From: Escherichia phage E26
Sequence record: MN655998.1
Length of the DNA: 64,000 nucleotides
Strand: one strand, 5' to 3'
Each line of letters starts with the position of its first letter. Within the stretch, counting starts at the first letter, position 1. Below are positions 45,495-53,750 of the stretch, piece after piece. The notes under the pieces were generated by a model. It searched no databases and was not told the DNA's origin. It saw only the letters and a program-made list of their open reading frames with translations. A program made the translations under genes and the position numbers.

Positions 45495-46274
45495 TTACAC
45501 GCGAGCACCGTAGATCGTGCCTACTTTATCCCAGCGAGGGGCATTGCCAGTAACAGCCTTACCAGCCGCACCGCCATTATATTCCGATCCCTGTCCACGG
45601 ATATTACATTTACCACCAGCACCGCCAGCATCACCACCGTTACCGCCATTATATACACCGTTGACAGACCCTTTACCTGGCGCGGAAATAGTACCAGCAG
45701 TAGCACCCCGTTCCATATTAGCAGACCCACCGGCAGCACCAAACGGACGCCCACCACCACCGCCAAAGGTTAATCTCATTTGTGAAAAAGGAGAATAATA
45801 CCCACCGCCGCCACCACCACCGCCACCACAAATAGCGCCGTTATTTGTGATGCGTAAGCGTGTGCCTATACCGTTGTTAATTGCATTACCACCAGCACCA
45901 CCAGCGGAGTTATTGCCACCATTACCACCACGCCCCCAAACATGAACACCGGGGTTAATGATCAATGTTACATATTCGTTTGTTAACGAGCTAGGGAAGT
46001 CAAGACAAGGAACGCCAGTAGATTGGGAAACAATATTACCCGTGATAGTAATTACTACAGGAGTAGACCCTTGTGCTTTCATCCAGTTAATAAGAGTGTC
46101 TTTATTGTAAGAGTTACTAGCACCAATGCTATAATGAATCTCTTTAGAGCGTCCGACCATTGCCGACATATACGCCGGACGACCTAAGCGTACAGCTTGC
46201 ATTGCGGCGCTCATCCACCGTTGACCAGTCTCGGACACCGCAGATGATCCTACCCATCCAGAAGATATTGCCAT
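45495..46274 (-). CDS. glycine-rich gp38-adhesin-like protein (tail-fibre receptor-binding protein homolog)
   Basis: 259 aa; conserved-looking N-domain then poly-Gly motifs (GRGGNGGNNSAGGAGG, GGGGGGGGG, GGGGGRPFGAAGGSA) separated by short variable segments. Confidence 0.55.
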   Translation of the reverse strand: MAISSGWVGSSAVSETGQRWMSAAMQAVRLGRPAYMSAMVGRSKEIHYSIGASNSYNKDTLINWMKAQGSTPVVITITGNIVSQSTGVPCLDFPSSLTNEYVTLIINPGVHVWGRGGNGGNNSAGGAGGNAINNGIGTRLRITNNGAICGGGGGGGGGYYSPFSQMRLTFGGGGGRPFGAAGGSANMERGATAGTISAPGKGSVNGVYNGGNGGDAGGAGGKCNIRGQGSEYNGGAAGKAVTGNAPRWDKVGTIYGARV

Positions 46275-46287
46275 AAAATTTCCTCAC

Positions 46288-46310
46288 AAGAAAAGCCCCA
46301 ATTAAGGGGC
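46288..46310 (-). terminator. terminator-like hairpin just upstream of gp38-like RBS
   Basis: GCCCC-ttaatt-GGGGC + UUUUCUU. Confidence 0.35.
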
Positions 46311-46328
46311 ATTGATTGATAATATTAC

Positions 46329-46550
46329 TTAGATGACCTCGGCTTCACCATCCAGGAAGAAAGACCATGTTTTGTTAGGATAGCGAAGCGCCCAAGATTC
46401 GGCAGTCTTAACACCAGCTTCGAACAATTGACGGCTGGTTACTTTAGCCATACCATCTTCGATGGCAACGTTTTCAATAATCATCGGGTACTTAGCGCCA
46501 CGCATGAAACCGAAACCAGCGGAAGATTTGATAATTTTAACAGTTGCCAT
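46329..46550 (-). CDS. small paralog family B-like member
   Basis: KIIKSSAGFGFMRGAKYPMIIE...QLFEAGV resembles 43507 and 43783 ORFs. Confidence 0.45.
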   Translation of the reverse strand: MATVKIIKSSAGFGFMRGAKYPMIIENVAIEDGMAKVTSRQLFEAGVKTAESWALRYPNKTWSFFLDGEAEVI

Positions 46551-46593
46551 TTTTTTGATTCTCCTAGAAAGTGTATCTCGTTTCGATGGATGT

Positions 46594-46622
46594 ATTATGC
46601 ATTAACACCGGATCGCTGTCAA
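46594..46622 (-). promoter_or_regulatory. early promoter cassette (TTGACA-N17-CATAAT)
   Basis: Conserved leader CATCGAAACGAGA...AGGAGAATCAAA. Confidence 0.5.
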
Positions 46623-46640
46623 CACTTTCTAAGAAAAATT

Positions 46641-46925
46641 TTAAATTAATCGAATATATCCCAGAATTTCAGCACCTTTAGCCAGTCCTAAAACCTCCCA
46701 TTCAAGGTCGCCGTAGTCATAATTTGCAACCATCAGTTCACCATTTTTCATGCAGCAATCATGAGAGAAAATTTGCCCCGCATAAACTACGATAGTAATA
46801 AACTTTCCTGATTCTGGCGGTGTGGAAGACAAAGCGACCATATGACCATTCAGCTTAGTCACCAGTGATGGAACAATAAAATTCGGGCTTACCTGAATGC
46901 AGTTAAATTCGTTTGTGTCTTTCAT
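46641..46925 (-). CDS. hypothetical protein
   Basis: ORF tiling. Confidence 0.45.
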   Translation of the reverse strand: MKDTNEFNCIQVSPNFIVPSLVTKLNGHMVALSSTPPESGKFITIVVYAGQIFSHDCCMKNGELMVANYDYGDLEWEVLGLAKGAEILGYIRLI

Positions 46926-47272
46926 GCCATACCTCGCAAAACACTAATAGCATAATCATGCTGGTTATTCATAATATCAATTGCATTGTGATAACGAGCT
47001 AAACCATCAAGGATAAATTCTTGTTTATCCTGTTTCAGTTTGGTATCACGCGCAGCCATAAGAGCATCAAGAACAGGTCCAAAGTGATTATCTAATTCAT
47101 CTTCGGTTGCAATGTTTCCTATTGCCTCGTCGATCCGTGATTCTAATGCTTGCTTTTCGTTGATCACTTGCTGGGTATATTCCAACACATCAAGAATATC
47201 GCGGGTAACGTCGCCATGATAAGGTATTCCCGCATGAAGATGATCAATTAATCGTTGAATGTCAATGTTCAT
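46922..47272 (-). CDS. hypothetical protein
   Basis: ORF tiling. Confidence 0.45.
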   Translation of the reverse strand: MNIDIQRLIDHLHAGIPYHGDVTRDILDVLEYTQQVINEKQALESRIDEAIGNIATEDELDNHFGPVLDALMAARDTKLKQDKQEFILDGLARYHNAIDIMNNQHDYAISVLRGMA

Positions 47273-47607
47273 TTGTAACCCTCCTCTGAAAGCACATCCC
47301 AGATAATCGGATCAAGGTGCATTAAATTCCACATAATAGAGTCATAACTACCGAAGCCAGAAGTAAAAATTACATCACACTGGCGATATGTCTTATGAAA
47401 ATCGGTGGCTGTCTCTGCATCAATCGGCATATCGTCACCGGAAAGCACCAGACATTTAAGAATCATAACCCTGTTAGCCGTTGGCGCTTGCTTAGTCTTT
47501 TCAGCATATTTTTCGATGATCCGTTTTGCCTTTTCTTCTTTGATACGTCCAGACCAAATCCGGTTTCGGTATTGATTCATAATAATTTCAATCACATCAT
47601 TTTGCAT
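47269..47607 (-). CDS. hypothetical protein
   Basis: ORF tiling. Confidence 0.45.
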   Translation of the reverse strand: MQNDVIEIIMNQYRNRIWSGRIKEEKAKRIIEKYAEKTKQAPTANRVMILKCLVLSGDDMPIDAETATDFHKTYRQCDVIFTSGFGSYDSIMWNLMHLDPIIWDVLSEEGYK

Positions 47608-47806
47608 TCTTCACGGTCTCCATAATTGTTTTGTAAGCCAGTTTAAGATGATCACCGAAAAACTTTGCAGTGTTACCATTCGGATCGCGGAGCATGGTTT
47701 CTACGATCTCATCGGCAGTAACAATTTCTCCTTTCTTTGCTGCATGTTCTACCATATACTTCAAAGTTTCTTCGGAAGCAAGTGCTGCGGCTACTGGATT
47801 AATCAT
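47597..47806 (-). CDS. hypothetical protein
   Basis: ATG follows cassette leader. Confidence 0.45.
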   Translation of the reverse strand: MINPVAAALASEETLKYMVEHAAKKGEIVTADEIVETMLRDPNGNTAKFFGDHLKLAYKTIMETVKNAK

Positions 47807-47835
47807 TTTGATTCTCCTTTGTTGTCGATGTGTGC

Positions 47836-47864
47836 ATTATGCTATACCCTATTCCGGTTGTCAA
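47836..47864 (-). promoter_or_regulatory. early promoter cassette (TTGACA-N17-CATAAT)
   Basis: Conserved leader; follows terminator. Confidence 0.5.
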
Positions 47865-47875
47865 CACCTAAAAAC

Positions 47876-47900
47876 AAAAAAGCCACCCTTTCGGATGGCT
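47876..47900 (-). terminator. rho-independent terminator
   Basis: AGCCATCCGAAAGGGTGGCT + UUUUU. Confidence 0.5.
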
Positions 47901-48133
47901 TTTGATTATATTTTATTCACGTCCATTTGTATAGTAGTGTTTGAATCGACCTTTGCTAAACTAGTTAAACATAGTAACCAATTCACCATCCCTTTCCAAT
48001 GATAACCCTTCCTCGTCTTAGACGGGTCTTCCGATTCGGCAGTAATTGAACACGCGAAAGTATGAGGAAACCAAATAGTTGTGTTAATGCTAGTATTCTT
48101 TTACTTATGGTATGCATCCCACGGTGACTAACA

Positions 48134-48532
48134 TTAAGCCAGTCGAGTGAGTTTATAAATTGTTTTAAAGCATAGAGCTTTGATATCGTCTAAAACACTC
48201 TGTAACGAGCTATCAACATCATTATAAATCTCACTAGCCATTTGCGTTAACTCTTGCAAATAGGCAATTTCGCTAATCTCCTTGCGGACGACCAACTTTG
48301 GCTGATAACGACCAGTGATCCCAATATTGGTTTCAGTGAAATTATCAACCAATTCTTGCATTTCAAGATAGAACTCTTCTAGAGCCTTATGTTTTGCATA
48401 AGATCCAGGACCAGTTACCCCAAAATGCGCAGAATGCATATAAGTAACACTCATCAGACATTCACCGATAAAGCGGTCAACTTTATTAGCCTTTCCCTCT
48501 TCGGAAGTCTTTAGAAAATCACTGAATTTCAT
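48134..48532 (-). CDS. hypothetical protein (start at internal Met)
   Basis: Track ORF 48134..48631; N-terminal 33 codons overlap neighbour. Confidence 0.4.
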   Translation of the reverse strand: MKFSDFLKTSEEGKANKVDRFIGECLMSVTYMHSAHFGVTGPGSYAKHKALEEFYLEMQELVDNFTETNIGITGRYQPKLVVRKEISEIAYLQELTQMASEIYNDVDSSLQSVLDDIKALCFKTIYKLTRLA

Positions 48533-48821
48533 GTTCTCGATTCTCCATATTATGCAACAGAACAAATTGTTGTGCGGCATATCCCCCCATAATAAAACAC
48601 TGCCTAGAATCCATACATTTACTACGAGCATACATCTTCATAATATGGGCATGAAATTTCTGGCTGGTTTCAATGGAAGGAGATATTTTGTTTACATATA
48701 CTATCATTGCGCCGTCGAAATAATCAGTAAAGTCACCAGTTGGATCATATTGATCAGCACTGACACTTCCGACCGCAGTCAAGCATATTGCCGCTGTTAG
48801 AGTTTTACGAATAAATGACAT
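48519..48821 (-). CDS. putative secreted protein
   Basis: N-terminal signal peptide MSFIRKTLTAAICLTAVGSVSA; TATAAATA late-promoter motif upstream. Confidence 0.4.
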   Translation of the reverse strand: MSFIRKTLTAAICLTAVGSVSADQYDPTGDFTDYFDGAMIVYVNKISPSIETSQKFHAHIMKMYARSKCMDSRQCFIMGGYAAQQFVLLHNMENREHEIQ

Positions 48822-48854
48822 AAGTCATTCCCCCAGATTGAAAATATTCAGTTA

Positions 48855-48862
48855 TATTTATA
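48855..48862 (-). promoter_or_regulatory. late-promoter-like motif TATAAATA
   Basis: About 35 nt upstream of secreted-protein ORF 48519..48821. Confidence 0.35.
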
Positions 48863-48889
48863 ATCCGGGGCTTTATTTATGATTAACTC

Positions 48890-49486
48890 TTATTTGGTAG
48901 TACCATCAATAAAATGTTTACGACACACAGAAACATATTTATCCTCTGCACCAACTTCTATTTGAGCACCATCGCGAATAACATTACCATCTTTATCTAC
49001 GCGAAGGACCATAGTCGCTTTCTTGCCACAATGACAAATACCCTTCATTTCGACCAGTTTATCAGCAAATGCCATTAATGCCGCAGATCCTTCAAATAGA
49101 TTGCCCTGAAAGTCAGTGCGAAGGCCATAGCACAGTACAGGGATATTAGCATCATCAACAAGCGCACACAAGCCTAAAACATGCTCTTTAGTCATAAATT
49201 GGGCTTCGTCTACAAAAACTGCATCTGGACGCCATCGATCCGGTCTACGCTTACCTAACGATTCACGATAAACCAAATCGAAAAGATCATCCGATTTAGT
49301 GAAGGTGATCGCTGGGGCACTTAGGCCAATTCGGGAAACGACTTCACTTTCTGAATCTCGATTATCAATCGCTGGCTTAAGAATTAATACTCGCATATCA
49401 CGTTCGGTATAGTTATAAGCACTTTGTAACAGAGAAGTTGATTTGCCAGCGTTCATAGATGCATAGTAGAAATATAATTGCGCCAT
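48890..49486 (-). CDS. tk: thymidine kinase
   Basis: Walker A MNAGKST; CHCGKKA zinc site; matches T4 Tk. Confidence 0.9.
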   Translation of the reverse strand: MAQLYFYYASMNAGKSTSLLQSAYNYTERDMRVLILKPAIDNRDSESEVVSRIGLSAPAITFTKSDDLFDLVYRESLGKRRPDRWRPDAVFVDEAQFMTKEHVLGLCALVDDANIPVLCYGLRTDFQGNLFEGSAALMAFADKLVEMKGICHCGKKATMVLRVDKDGNVIRDGAQIEVGAEDKYVSVCRKHFIDGTTK

Positions 49487-49779
49487 TAATTAATCTCCAA
49501 AAATCCAGCAAGACCTAAACCGATATAAGTCCAGATACCAATAAAAAAGATGTTAATGCTCATGGCAAGGATAAACCATTTCAGCGTTTTGGGATACCCA
49601 ACCCAATATTCCCGACCATCTTCTAACCGGATCAACTTATTGCCTTGCGAGTCCATATCAACGACAACATGTTTATTTCGAGATTGCAATAGATATTGTT
49701 TTACAATCTCTACACCCGCCATAATAACAATAACGAAAATAAAAGTCCACACAACAAGATTAATGATAGTCTCAAGCAT
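49486..49779 (-). CDS. hypothetical membrane protein
   Basis: Two hydrophobic segments. Confidence 0.45.
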   Translation of the reverse strand: MLETIINLVVWTFIFVIVIMAGVEIVKQYLLQSRNKHVVVDMDSQGNKLIRLEDGREYWVGYPKTLKWFILAMSINIFFIGIWTYIGLGLAGFLEIN

Positions 49780-50014
49780 TTTCTATCACCTCCACCCAAT
49801 CAGGTGTTTCCTGAAAGACTCCTTCACCTTCATGATGGTCGCAACCTTTATTGCTACAATACATCCACCAATCCCACATTCCCCACGGTAAACGCTGCAT
49901 ATCGTCGTTACAGCAAGTGAATATAATAGGCCAACCACATCTAACACATCGGCAGTTTTCTTTCATGTGAGCGGTATTAGGCTTCTTCATAGATGACTCC
50001 AATATAATCGACAT
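49772..50014 (-). CDS. hypothetical Cys-rich protein
   Basis: CRCVRCGW...CCNDD...CSNKGCDHH. Confidence 0.4.
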   Translation of the reverse strand: MSIILESSMKKPNTAHMKENCRCVRCGWPIIFTCCNDDMQRLPWGMWDWWMYCSNKGCDHHEGEGVFQETPDWVEVIENA

Positions 50015-50217
50015 TTACATTTAGGGCAATGCGGTTCTTTAATATAATACCCGTCTGTCTTTGGAACACTAACAGGAGCGGTTTTTATATTGTATTCAGT
50101 GAAACAACGAAAACAAGTTACGTTTTCTACAGACTGACGTTTCACCCAATCACCGGAATATAGATCATTTTTATTTGTCATATTCAACCACCACAATGTT
50201 AATGTCTGGAGTAGCAA
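49987..50217 (-). CDS. hypothetical zinc-ribbon protein
   Basis: CFRCF...CPKCKC. Confidence 0.4.
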   Translation of the reverse strand: MLLQTLTLWWLNMTNKNDLYSGDWVKRQSVENVTCFRCFTEYNIKTAPVSVPKTDGYYIKEPHCPKCKCRLYWSHL

Positions 50218-50626
50218 TATTAATGATCTCTTCTACACATTCCCACTCAAGGCCACCGATACCGCAACCGATTTTAGGAATATAGAAAGGCTGTATAGCA
50301 CCTTCAAAAACATCATTGATAGTCTCAAATCCTTTCAGGATAGCACCATATTCAGCATTTGGACCCGGTCGGAATTGGGTATAGAGATTCACCCCGCACC
50401 AGTTATAACCATTAACTTGATGCGTCCAGACACTAAACCCACCCAGCTTTTCTACCTTACCGCGAGAAGTTTGCTTGTCAATCTCTAACGCTTGCGGGAA
50501 CTCTTTCGCGATCTTTGCAGCAATACCAGCGCCCATAGTATGAAAACAATTACAACCATGAATTAAATGACCGTTTCCTTGTTTAAACAGGGCGATGAGA
50601 TCGTCCTTTACAGTATCAATAATCAT
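50171..50626 (-). CDS. putative macro-domain (ADP-ribose binding/processing) protein
   Basis: HGCNCFHTMGAGIAAKIA glycine-rich loop and about 150 aa size. Confidence 0.45.
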   Translation of the reverse strand: MIIDTVKDDLIALFKQGNGHLIHGCNCFHTMGAGIAAKIAKEFPQALEIDKQTSRGKVEKLGGFSVWTHQVNGYNWCGVNLYTQFRPGPNAEYGAILKGFETINDVFEGAIQPFYIPKIGCGIGGLEWECVEEIINIATPDINIVVVEYDK

Positions 50627-50641
50627 AATATAAACCTCTCA

Positions 50642-51001
50642 TTAGTCACGGGACGACAACCCAGCCATAAAACGGCTTAACAGTGTGTCGCGATAAGCAA
50701 AGCATAATTGCTTATCAGGGGCAGTATCACAAAGGTTGCGTTTTGTTTTAGCAAAGCTGGCAATACTCAGATCCCACGCTCGATTTTTTCGTTTTTCGTC
50801 TCGACCTTGTTTGTATGCTTCGTCGAGTTCGAGCGCGATAAAATCACTACACATGTTATCATCATCACAGAAAGTTTTAATGATCTTTTTGTTGATCTCA
50901 AATCCTTTGTATTCAAACTTTGGATAAGGGCGCTCATTACTAGCAAGCGCACCAGCCGAGAACATCATAGCAATCATAGCAATTATTGTCAACTTTTTCA
51001 T
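50642..51001 (-). CDS. putative secreted Cys-containing protein
   Basis: Signal peptide MKKLTIIAMIAMMFSAGALA; four Cys. Confidence 0.45.
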   Translation of the reverse strand: MKKLTIIAMIAMMFSAGALASNERPYPKFEYKGFEINKKIIKTFCDDDNMCSDFIALELDEAYKQGRDEKRKNRAWDLSIASFAKTKRNLCDTAPDKQLCFAYRDTLLSRFMAGLSSRD

Positions 51002-51008
51002 ATATTCC

Positions 51009-51599
51009 TCAATAGCGTTTAGTCTTAAGAATGCCTTTACTCTTTAGATGGTTAGCCTTTTTTAGTACGTCATCAGCATAACCTAATCCGGCTTTATAGT
51101 TCCATCCAGCATTGTAAGAAGCTAGCGCGAGTCGGATATTACCGTTTCTAACATCCAGCCAGTATGCTAACTCATCCATCGCGTAGAATGCAGAAACCTC
51201 GCGATTCATGATAAAGTTGATAGTCTGGCGATCACTCATTTTAACACCGCGCTTTGCATTTTTCGCTTTCACCGTTTTAAGGTAATTTTGAAATAATCCA
51301 TAAGCATGATGATTTTTCTTTGGTGCTAAGTTTGCACCCGCGCTTGATTCTTGCCATGCGATACCCGCCAGGATGTGGCCTAAACCCTTTCCGTTATAGC
51401 GAATATTCGGATGGTACTTTTTCAACTTACCGCTTTTCTCGAATTGCTCGCCGTATTGATAGGCGAAATGTAAATTATCTAGTTGGTGTGCTGTAAAGTT
51501 GTCTATCGGCGCTTTTTTGATCGGTGCGCTAGTCGATGCGTGTGTAGCACCAACGGCTAGTGACAGACTCAATACTATCGCTTTTAGAACTTTTAACAT
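51009..51599 (-). CDS. putative secreted lytic transglycosylase (SLT domain)
   Basis: Signal peptide; AWQESS...GLFQ...YNAG SLT motifs. Confidence 0.6.
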   Translation of the reverse strand: MLKVLKAIVLSLSLAVGATHASTSAPIKKAPIDNFTAHQLDNLHFAYQYGEQFEKSGKLKKYHPNIRYNGKGLGHILAGIAWQESSAGANLAPKKNHHAYGLFQNYLKTVKAKNAKRGVKMSDRQTINFIMNREVSAFYAMDELAYWLDVRNGNIRLALASYNAGWNYKAGLGYADDVLKKANHLKSKGILKTKRY

Positions 51600-51684
51600 T
51601 AATTTCTCCTGTTTGGCTTAACTTTCTGATTCCATAATATAGCCCTATCACCAGAAAGTCAAGCATTAATTTAACCAATTTCCA

Positions 51685-52149
51685 TTATTGGTCCACTTTC
51701 AAAACAACCGCCGACATTTTACCCGCCAGTCGTTTTGGATTCTCTATAATCATTCGGCAGCATAGACCGTGATACGGCTTACCATCTTCAATTAGGTCTA
51801 CTGTCATCCCGATCCACATGTTACCGTCAGTAATTTCTAATCGATTAGGTCGGTTTTCCATTTTCAGGAAGTCGAAGATCTCCGGCAAACGAGTTTCTAT
51901 CTTATTGAATAGTTCCATTGTCTTATGTTCATCGATATGACGATCTGTTAGACGGTCGATCATATGCGGACTAAAGCGAATGAAAATATACTCACCATAA
52001 CCATCATTCAAGCACTTTTCTTTGATCTGCGCATTGGTTTTGCGCATTTCGGTTTCGAAGAATCTACGCAGCTTACTACGGCGAACATGTACGTTAATTG
52101 TTTCCATTTTATTATCCTTTCTTAAACAAATTGCGAAGCCAGTATACAA
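51685..52149 (-). CDS. hypothetical protein
   Basis: ORF tiling. Confidence 0.45.
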   Translation of the reverse strand: MYTGFAICLRKDNKMETINVHVRRSKLRRFFETEMRKTNAQIKEKCLNDGYGEYIFIRFSPHMIDRLTDRHIDEHKTMELFNKIETRLPEIFDFLKMENRPNRLEITDGNMWIGMTVDLIEDGKPYHGLCCRMIIENPKRLAGKMSAVVLKVDQ

Positions 52150-52447
52150 ACGGGATTTCTTTAAACTTGAATTTCTCTATAGTTAATTCTTTAGTAGCAA
52201 GATGAATACCATAAGCATCATGTGTCACGATATGCCATTTTCTATAGTCCAAATGTGAACAACCGTCTGGATCTAGATTAATAAGAGTTTCTCGCTCACT
52301 AGGATTATTTTTCCACAATTTTGTAATCGGATCGCACATAATTCGACCTAGCGTACCATGAATAATCTCACAACGGTAAAGTTTTCCAGCAGTGAGATAG
52401 GCGCACCCGTCATAGTCGGTATAAACAAACACTTCTTTAACACTCAT
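52112..52447 (-). CDS. paralog family D member (start after cassette)
   Basis: GKLYRCEI...CSHLDYRKW. Confidence 0.45.
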   Translation of the reverse strand: MSVKEVFVYTDYDGCAYLTAGKLYRCEIIHGTLGRIMCDPITKLWKNNPSERETLINLDPDGCSHLDYRKWHIVTHDAYGIHLATKELTIEKFKFKEIPFVYWLRNLFKKG

Positions 52448-52478
52448 TTTAATACTCCTTTGTTGTTTCGATGGGGGT

Positions 52479-52507
52479 ATATTACTACCCCCGTTTTGTT
52501 GTGTCAA
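52479..52507 (-). promoter_or_regulatory. early promoter cassette (TTGACA-N17-TAATAT)
   Basis: Stem GGGGGTA/TACCCCC. Confidence 0.45.
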
Positions 52508-52768
52508 CTACTTTTTCAAGATTTTTTTGAGTGCATTCCAAAGACCTTTATTCTCAGGTTGTTTTGGTTCTTCGATCAGTGTCCACGGACGGTCGTCTAA
52601 GTATGCACAGCTTTTCAGAGAAATAAAAAGTTTATATCCTTTATCATCTTTGATGTAACCGTAGGTAGACATTCTTTCATCTGGCGTAAACTTATACAGT
52701 TTATTTGGGGTGATGTAAGATCTACTACTATAAGGTGTCATTACATATTTCATGGTACTAACTCCCAT
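52508..52768 (-). CDS. paralog family D member
   Basis: TPNKLYKFTPDER...CAYLDDRPW. Confidence 0.45.
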   Translation of the reverse strand: MGVSTMKYVMTPYSSRSYITPNKLYKFTPDERMSTYGYIKDDKGYKLFISLKSCAYLDDRPWTLIEEPKQPENKGLWNALKKILKK

Positions 52769-52944
52769 TTATCACCGCGAAGATGAGAACATCTACCATC
52801 AATAAGTATAGTAATACGAAACCCCGCATCATCTTCAATATACCCGATAGTCGGTGGATGTTCGTCTTCTCGTGCCGGAGTAAAATCATACATCTTACCA
52901 GGCGTAATATCTTGTCCTTTATTGCTATTGGTATAAACTTGCAT
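52750..52944 (-). CDS. paralog family D member
   Basis: TPGKMYDFTPARED...CSHLRGDKW. Confidence 0.45.
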   Translation of the reverse strand: MQVYTNSNKGQDITPGKMYDFTPAREDEHPPTIGYIEDDAGFRITILIDGRCSHLRGDKWELVP

Positions 52945-52965
52945 TTTCTTAATCTCCTATATTAA

Positions 52966-53664
52966 CTAACCACGGGTATAGTGTTCCAGAACAACTGTCA
53001 GATGGATATATTCTAATAGATCTTTCCAAAAGTCAACATCTGGTTCTTCCGGCATACCGTTTTTCTTTGCCTCTTCACTCGCGAGTTTAACACGCTCGTA
53101 GAGATCTTTCAATTCTTCCCGCACATTATCAAAGGTTCTTTCTCCTAACTTACACGCTAAAATAGAAGAACATCGCGCGAGCGGGAATTGTAGATCACCA
53201 GTCTGATAGATTTCAAGTAGCTGATAACCAACACGCAGAGCATGAGAAAGGTCTTTCCAGTTACTGAAATACTTTTCAGATTTGGCTACCTGCTTTTTGA
53301 GATAGCCAGACAAACCCCACATACCAACATGATAGAATTTATCACGATGTGTTCGGATGTATTCCCATTCTCTGGAGGATTCAATCAACATGTCACTAGG
53401 CGCGTGTACCATGTCAATAGCGCCAATATCGCCTTTACATGCCAGATTGATAAACCGTTTCAGACTAAACATATTAACGTCAATATCGTCTTTGGTGTTC
53501 TTGATACCTTGACCGCTAGTGCTTTGGTCATAGTGTTCTTTCATCGATCCTAAGATAATTTCTTTCGCAGTCGGAACAAAGATACCACGATAATCTTTAT
53601 CGGAGTTTTCAGTATCAAGGCCGTATAAGTGAGATCCGAAAACCATTTTAACCATTGTATGCAT
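52966..53664 (-). CDS. putative nucleotidyltransferase (Pol-beta superfamily fold)
   Basis: N-terminal FGSHLYGLDTENSDKDYRGIF (GS...D-x-D) motif. Confidence 0.5.
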   Translation of the reverse strand: MHTMVKMVFGSHLYGLDTENSDKDYRGIFVPTAKEIILGSMKEHYDQSTSGQGIKNTKDDIDVNMFSLKRFINLACKGDIGAIDMVHAPSDMLIESSREWEYIRTHRDKFYHVGMWGLSGYLKKQVAKSEKYFSNWKDLSHALRVGYQLLEIYQTGDLQFPLARCSSILACKLGERTFDNVREELKDLYERVKLASEEAKKNGMPEEPDVDFWKDLLEYIHLTVVLEHYTRG

Positions 53665-53710
53665 AATTAAACCCTCAGTTGATTAAGAGATTGCATCATA
53701 TCATCATAAA

Positions 53711-53737
53711 ACGAAAAAGCCAACCCTTTTTGGATTG
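53711..53737 (-). terminator. rho-independent terminator after grcA
   Basis: Imperfect stem AGCCAATCC/GGGTTGGCT + U-run. Confidence 0.4.
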
Positions 53738-53750
53738 GCTTGATGAAAAA

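Noticed and set aside
45517-45798. Proline-rich ORFs on both strands inside the gp38-like gene (PPAPPASPPLPP...)
   Set aside because: They are alternative-frame readings of the GGN-rich glycine codons; the minus-strand glycine-rich frame is longer and fits the gene tiling.
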